Below are positions 60,975 through 64,000 of a stretch of DNA of 64,000 nt, in pieces. The first letter of the stretch is position 1; the number at the start of each line of letters is the position of its first letter. The position numbers and the translations under genes were made by a program. The DNA comes from Podarcis filfolensis. Its lineage: Eukaryota. A model generated the notes under the pieces. The model was given only the letters and a program-made list of their open reading frames with translations, made no database searches and was not told the DNA's origin. The stretch lies in the NCBI GenBank assembly GCA_964270895.1, contig OZ185437.1; one strand, given 5' to 3'.

Positions 60975-63261
60975 ATATAAGAACTGTACACAGTGCTTTT
61001 TTCCAGGGGGTAGTCAAGGGTATGCAGTGCTGGCACCTTTTTTGTTGTTAAAAAGTGTGGCACTTGCTGTAACAACTTATTTTTTCTAGGGAAAAAAGCA
61101 CTGACTGTACATTACCCAGAAGTAAATCCCACTGGATTCTATGTGGATTGCTCCCTGATAAATATGTACAGGACATCAGTCTGAATTGGTTAGTTTGAAA
61201 AATACCACACAGAAATTTTCAGGGCTACAGTTTATTCACTGCTACATCTTTTCCCCATAATGTGGAATAAGGTGAGGGATATTGAGTGTACTAGGATATG
61301 GAGTACAAGGTCAGAATTACCACTTAGCAATGAAGTTGACTCAGGCAGGGGGTGGGTGGGATTTTTCTACTTACCTTGTCCTGCCTTCAGCCCCAGGAGC
61401 CTTCATAAAGAGTTGCTTAATGGATACTTTGGCTTGGCCTGTTGGTAATCTATATGCCTATTGAAACAATTATATTAAATTAACTGTTGATTATTCATTT
61501 GTATTGTTATGTTGCAGTTATAGGTATTGTACAATATGTTATTGTATTACTGTATTTAGGCTTTGATTTTTGTGCGAGCCGCTATGAGCACAGATTTTCT
61601 TGTGGAAAATAGAGCATATAAATAAATTGCCAATGACTATGACCTTGGGCACTCACTGTCTCACAGCCAAACCTATCTCACATGGTTATTGCGGGCATAA
61701 CATGAGGGAAAAGGAGACCTATGAGTGCCATATATGGTAGTCTGCTGGGTGGGATGTGCAGGCAGAGTACAATCTATGGTCCAGTACCACATAAAGTTCT
61801 TATCTTAAGCATGCTTTCAACCAGCCTACCTTTTGCAATTGTATTTTAAAGTTGCCAGAGTATTTTACAGTCTTTTTATCATCACAGTAACCCTACCAAG
61901 TAGGTCATCATGCAACAATACAAGAAGAACAGCACTAGAACATTAAAGGCTAACAAATTCATTATGGCATAAGATTTCTTGAGCTAGAGTCTGCTTCACC
62001 AGATGCATCATTCTTGGTAATCCATGAAAGCTTATGCAGTAATACTTTTGCTAGTGCTTCTGGACTATTATTTCATTTTGTTGTAAGTCAATAAGTCTGG
62101 CATTCTGTTCCCTACTGGAAGTCCACAAGCAGGACATGAACACAATAGGGGTGAAAGTTTTGTTCTTGGGGACTTTTTTGTTGATTACATTTTGTTACCT
62201 CCTATTATTTCAGATAAGTATCTGGGAAGCTTCCTAATTAGGATTCATCTTTATGAACAGAGCTGGAAGAAACCCGAGTACCTAAAAATGGAGTGCTTGA
62301 TACTTTCCCTATCCTTGAATATGATCATCTGATTTTGGAACCTGATAATTAGAAATGGCTTATCCTTCCCATAATATGGGATGTCTTCCTCCTCTTTAGC
62401 TTGTCAGCAAAAATCCAAAGCCATCAAATTATGCAAGCACTGTGTGAAGAACTGAGGAGGCCAAAGGAGGGGCAGAGTGGGCTTACATAGCCCCTTGCTC
62501 ATTCCTGCCCCCTTGGATGGTTTTGCCGCAAAAACCCACTACCATCAAAGTTTGGTGGCTGTGTGCTTGTTTCACAGATTTCAAACAATGGGAGGATATT
62601 GTTTTTTCAATTGCTTGACATTCTTATTGGGAGTGCTGTGTCACAGTAGCACTAGTGGACTAGCCTCAACTAAATATATGTGGTGCACACAGTGTACTAT
62701 ATATAATATACTGTTTTCTTTAGCTAATAACTCTTTGTGTTCTTGAACAATCTAAAAATCTGCCGTGGTTGGAAATGGGCCATTGGCGAGTGCAGTCAAG
62801 GAAACACTTCTGGGCAGTAAAATGTTGACCACAAGGAAAGAAAGCTGGGAAAATTTCAAAGCAGGATCCTTAAAGGGAACACCCAGAGGCAGCTGTGATT
62901 GCTTCTGGCTTTCTCTACAGGCGAAACTGCTCAAAAAGTAGAAAATATACATTGCTTTTCAATGCATGTTTTATGGATAAATGCTGAATGAAGTGGGTAG
63001 TTTTACAGTAGGTTTGGAGCAAAAGTCATTCTGCAGGAGGGCACGGCAGCATTACTGAGTATAAAAGCATCCTTACAAGTGAAGGCAGCAACTTTTCCCT
63101 CCAGTGCCGCAGATGGAAGGTCAAAGTATAATACAGAACTGGAAGTCAAGGGGAGTAATCTAAAAGGCTCCCATAAAGAGAATACAGAATGGAAATCTCC
63201 ACTACTGAATTTTAAACAAAGTTTGGCACATTCAGCTCTGCTTTGAAAGGATGTCCACCCA

Positions 63262-63590
63262 AGCCCTGGGCTTGCCGATCGGAAGGCCGGTGGTTTGAAT
63301 CCCCACGACAGGGTGAGCTCCCGTTGCTCGGTCCCTGCTCCTGCCAACCTAGTAGTTCAAAAGCACGAAGTTCAAGTAGATAAATAGGTACCGCTTTGGC
63401 AGGAAGGTAAACGGCGTTTCCGTGAGCCAACGGCTCTGATTTTGCCAGAAGCAGCTTAGTCATGCTGGCCACATGACCCAGAAAAACTGCAGACAAACAT
63501 CGGCTCCCTCGGCCAGTAAAGCAAGATGAGCACCGTAACCCCAGAGTCGTTCACGACTGGACTTAACTGTCAGGGGTCCTTTACCTTTTT
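63262..63590 (+). mobile_element. Sauria SINE, head partly missing
   Basis: Body and tail match the other copies. Confidence 0.88.
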
Positions 63591-64000
63591 GAAAAATGGA
63601 AATGAAGAAAGTTCCATGTACTATACTCCACGTAACTGTCATTGCTACAAAGACAGAGAGAATCATGATCAGAAGATGACTGAGTGCAGACTGGTTTACT
63701 CTTATTTATTTTGTGCCCTCTCCCATTCACATCTACTGGTGGTGATGTTGCATTGCTTCTGACTTTCAGTTGCTTTCCATTTCCTGTGAAAACTTATTTA
63801 AGAGGAACAGATTTCTACCATTTATACTGGACATAAATCTTATGGTCTACCTCTTCGTCCACACTATCCCACCATTCCTTATCAGTGCACTTCTCATGGA
63901 AGGTATGGAGTAAGATGAATTTACATCATTCTAAGTATGTACCAAATATTTACTTCCTCCCTTAATTATATTCCCACTTCTAGTTTTATCTCTTCTGTTG

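Noticed and set aside
1-64000. CRISPR arrays, rRNA, operons or other prokaryotic systems
   Set aside because: No regularly spaced direct repeats or prokaryotic gene organisation; the content is vertebrate throughout.

Overview
Repeat-rich, AT-rich vertebrate DNA, most likely a lacertid lizard (Sauria/Squam1, Squam3 and tRNA-head/CR1-tail SINEs, BovB, L1, L2, CR1, hAT and Tc1/mariner MITEs). No multi-exon host gene could be recognised; the window reads as a large intron or gene desert with a few candidate conserved non-coding elements. The dominant feature is an intact, very young 5,492-bp chromodomain-bearing Ty3/Gypsy LTR retrotransposon on the minus strand (4629-10120; 409-bp LTRs differing at one base; GGATT target-site duplication). 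It has a gag/pol -1 frameshift pseudoknot and a Tf1-type self-priming PBS. Its pol frame runs through the PPT and the whole 3' U3. Its integrase tail carries two tandem motifs resembling LEDGF-IBM/TND-interacting motifs (F-acidic linker-[F/L]xGF), the best candidate here for an undescribed integration-targeting system. Other notable items are a solo LTR 40 bp away, a 1.13-kb non-autonomous L1-like insertion that starts with CTCF and YY1 motifs, two SINEs that reused one target site, and an RFX X-box/CCAAT element. All family names come from pattern recognition, not database searches.
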